Shown in pieces: positions 62,604 to 64,000 of a stretch of DNA of 64,000 nucleotides (its first letter is position 1; every line of letters starts with the position of its first letter). This DNA is from Candidatus Omnitrophota bacterium. GTDB lineage: Bacteria > Omnitrophota > Gorgyraeia > Gygaellales > Profunditerraquicolaceae. Below the pieces are notes generated by a model that searched no databases, was not told where the DNA came from, and worked only from the letters and a program-made list of their open reading frames with translations. The stretch covers positions 7,093 through 71,092 of the forward strand of contig JAQTQQ010000003.1 of assembly GCA_028712175.1 (NCBI GenBank), written 5' to 3'. The position numbers were made by a program, and so were the translations under genes.

Positions 62604-63158
62604 ATGAAAGATAAAAAAACTGCTACAAAACCAGTATCCAAGAAGCCAGCTGTTAAAAAGGTTATCAAAAGAAAGCCTGCTAAGAAAGATCTTCAGCAGC
62701 CGGTGATAAATTCTGTTTATCTGCACAATTTAAAAAGTCCTTTTGGCTCGCGTAAAAAAAGAAAACTTTTGGGCCGGGGGTCAAGTTCCGGGCATGGTAA
62801 AACTTCAACCCGCGGGAGTAAGGGGCAGACTTCGCGCGCAGGAAGGCATTTTTATCTGGGGTTTGAAGGCGGGCAGTCTCCGCTTATTCGTAGAATGCCC
62901 AAGCGCGGTTTTGTAAGTAATTTTAAAAAGACCTATCAGGTTATTAATCTGGGGGATTTAAACAGGATTAAAGAAACTACAATTACCCCAGCTGTTTTAA
63001 AAGCAAATGGTTTAATCGGCAAAGAGGCTGCTCTAATTAAAATTTTGGGAAACGGAAGCATCAAGAATGCTGTGACTGTCCAGGCGCATGCATTTTCAAA
63101 GCGTGCATCCAATGAAATTACCGGCGCCGGTGGCAAAGCAGAAATTATAAATGTTTAA
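62604..63158 (+). CDS. rplO: 50S ribosomal protein L15 with ~38-aa Lys-rich N-terminal extension
   Basis: The L15 core starts at …[36 protein letters not shown]. The upstream [28 protein letters not shown] segment is an extension. No rpmD (L30) ORF lies between rpsE and rplO. Confidence 0.85.
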   Translation: MKDKKTATKPVSKKPAVKKVIKRKPAKKDLQQPVINSVYLHNLKSPFGSRKKRKLLGRGSSSGHGKTSTRGSKGQTSRAGRHFYLGFEGGQSPLIRRMPKRGFVSNFKKTYQVINLGDLNRIKETTITPAVLKANGLIGKEAALIKILGNGSIKNAVTVQAHAFSKRASNEITGAGGKAEIINV

Positions 63159-64000
63159 TGCGCTGGTTAATGCGTTTAAAATCCCGGATTTAAAAAGACG
63201 GTTAATCATCTCGGGCCTGCTTATTGCGGTTTACCGCGTAGGTTGTTATGTGCCTACTCCCGGAATTGACGGTGCGGCGCTGGCGGATTTTTTTAACCGT
63301 ATCGCCAAAACACAAGGTGGAACGCTCTTTGGCATAATTAATATGTTTTCCGGCGGCGCTATGGAACGCTTGACTATATTTGCCTTAGGGATTATGCCCT
63401 ATATTTCCTCGTCGATTATTATGCAGCTGCTTACTGCGGTTGTCCCGGCGCTAGAGAAAATTGCGAAAGAAGGCAAGGCCGGATATGAAAAGATTAACCA
63501 GTTTACCCGTTATGGAACGGTTTTATTATCAATTATACAATCTTATTTTATAGCTCTTTGGTTAGAAAATCCTGCGCGTTTTGAGGGGCTGCAGATTGTA
63601 ATGCATCCCGGTTGGGGTTTTAGAATACTTACTGTTTTAACCCTTACTACCGGCACGATTTTTATTATGTGGCTCGGAGAACAGATTCAGGAGCGCGGAA
63701 TAGGAAACGGTATCTCCCTTATAATAACCGCAGGTATAATTTCGCGTATTCCCACAGCGCTTAATCAGCTTTATGTTTTAATTTCCCCGTTTGCCTCAAG
63801 CCGCAGGCAAATTCAGCCGATTACCCTTTTGATTATGGCTGCTTTGCTGGTAGGGGTTGTTTTTGCGGTTATCATGATTACGCAGGGGGTAAGGAAAATT
63901 CCCGTGCAGTACGCCCGGCGTATTGTTGGCCGTAAGATTTACGGTGGGCAAAGCACTTATATACCGCTCAAAGTAGATACCTCCGGAGTTATTGCTATTA
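63151..64000 (+). CDS. secY: preprotein translocase subunit SecY (5' partial, continues beyond window)
   Basis: The frame starting at the ATG at 63151 encodes [40 protein letters not shown]…GGAMERLTIFALGIMPYISSSIIMQLL, which is the SecY consensus. It stays open to the window end and overlaps the rplO stop. Confidence 0.9.
   Translation, partial: MFNALVNAFKIPDLKRRLIISGLLIAVYRVGCYVPTPGIDGAALADFFNRIAKTQGGTLFGIINMFSGGAMERLTIFALGIMPYISSSIIMQLLTAVVPALEKIAKEGKAGYEKINQFTRYGTVLLSIIQSYFIALWLENPARFEGLQIVMHPGWGFRILTVLTLTTGTIFIMWLGEQIQERGIGNGISLIITAGIISRIPTALNQLYVLISPFASSRRQIQPITLLIMAALLVGVVFAVIMITQGVRKIPVQYARRIVGRKIYGGQSTYIPLKVDTSGVIAI

Overview
The window is a gene-dense, AT-rich bacterial chromosomal segment. 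All but one CDS are on the + strand. Most of it is conserved housekeeping. From the start: fmt, two tandem GalT-like HIT-family paralogs, gap-pgk-tpiA-secG, an MFS-type transporter, marC-glgC, a GNAT, then an acyl-CoA dehydrogenase with etfB and a ferredoxin-fused etfA. A pilin-like gene follows, then a small excisionase-type HTH gene ahead of smc. The only minus-strand gene is a GAF-GGDEF diguanylate cyclase. After it come a secreted tail-fibre-like protein with a C-terminal self-cleaving (S74-type) chaperone domain, recA-recX-alaS, and hisDBHA-(lipoprotein)-hisF-hisI. Next are trpE, rpsP-yajC-secDF, a truncated mfd, and surA-pdxA-rsmA. From 39.2 kb onward the window holds the classic tRNA-Thr/rpmG/tRNA-Trp/secE-nusG/rplKAJL/rpoBC/rpsLG-fusA-tuf/S10-spc cluster through the start of secY.

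The most unusual sequence-level signal is a family of at least eight modular, imperfectly palindromic intergenic elements built from phased 7-mer tandem repeats. The repeat units are GCTCGTA/GTCTTAG-type and AGTCGAT/GGACGAT-type. The elements sit between operons only in the first 30 kb and are absent from the ribosomal cluster. They do not match any repeat type I recognise (not CRISPR, not an IS).

Other points worth follow-up:
- a GalT-like paralog whose catalytic His-Pro-His reads His-Ala-Arg;
- an SMC whose hinge appears reduced to about 45 aa;
- an Mfd lacking the UvrB-homology/UvrA-recruiting N-terminus and the C-terminal D7 domain;
- a 22-bp duplication of the tRNA-Trp 3' end;
- absence of rpmD together with an N-terminally extended L15.
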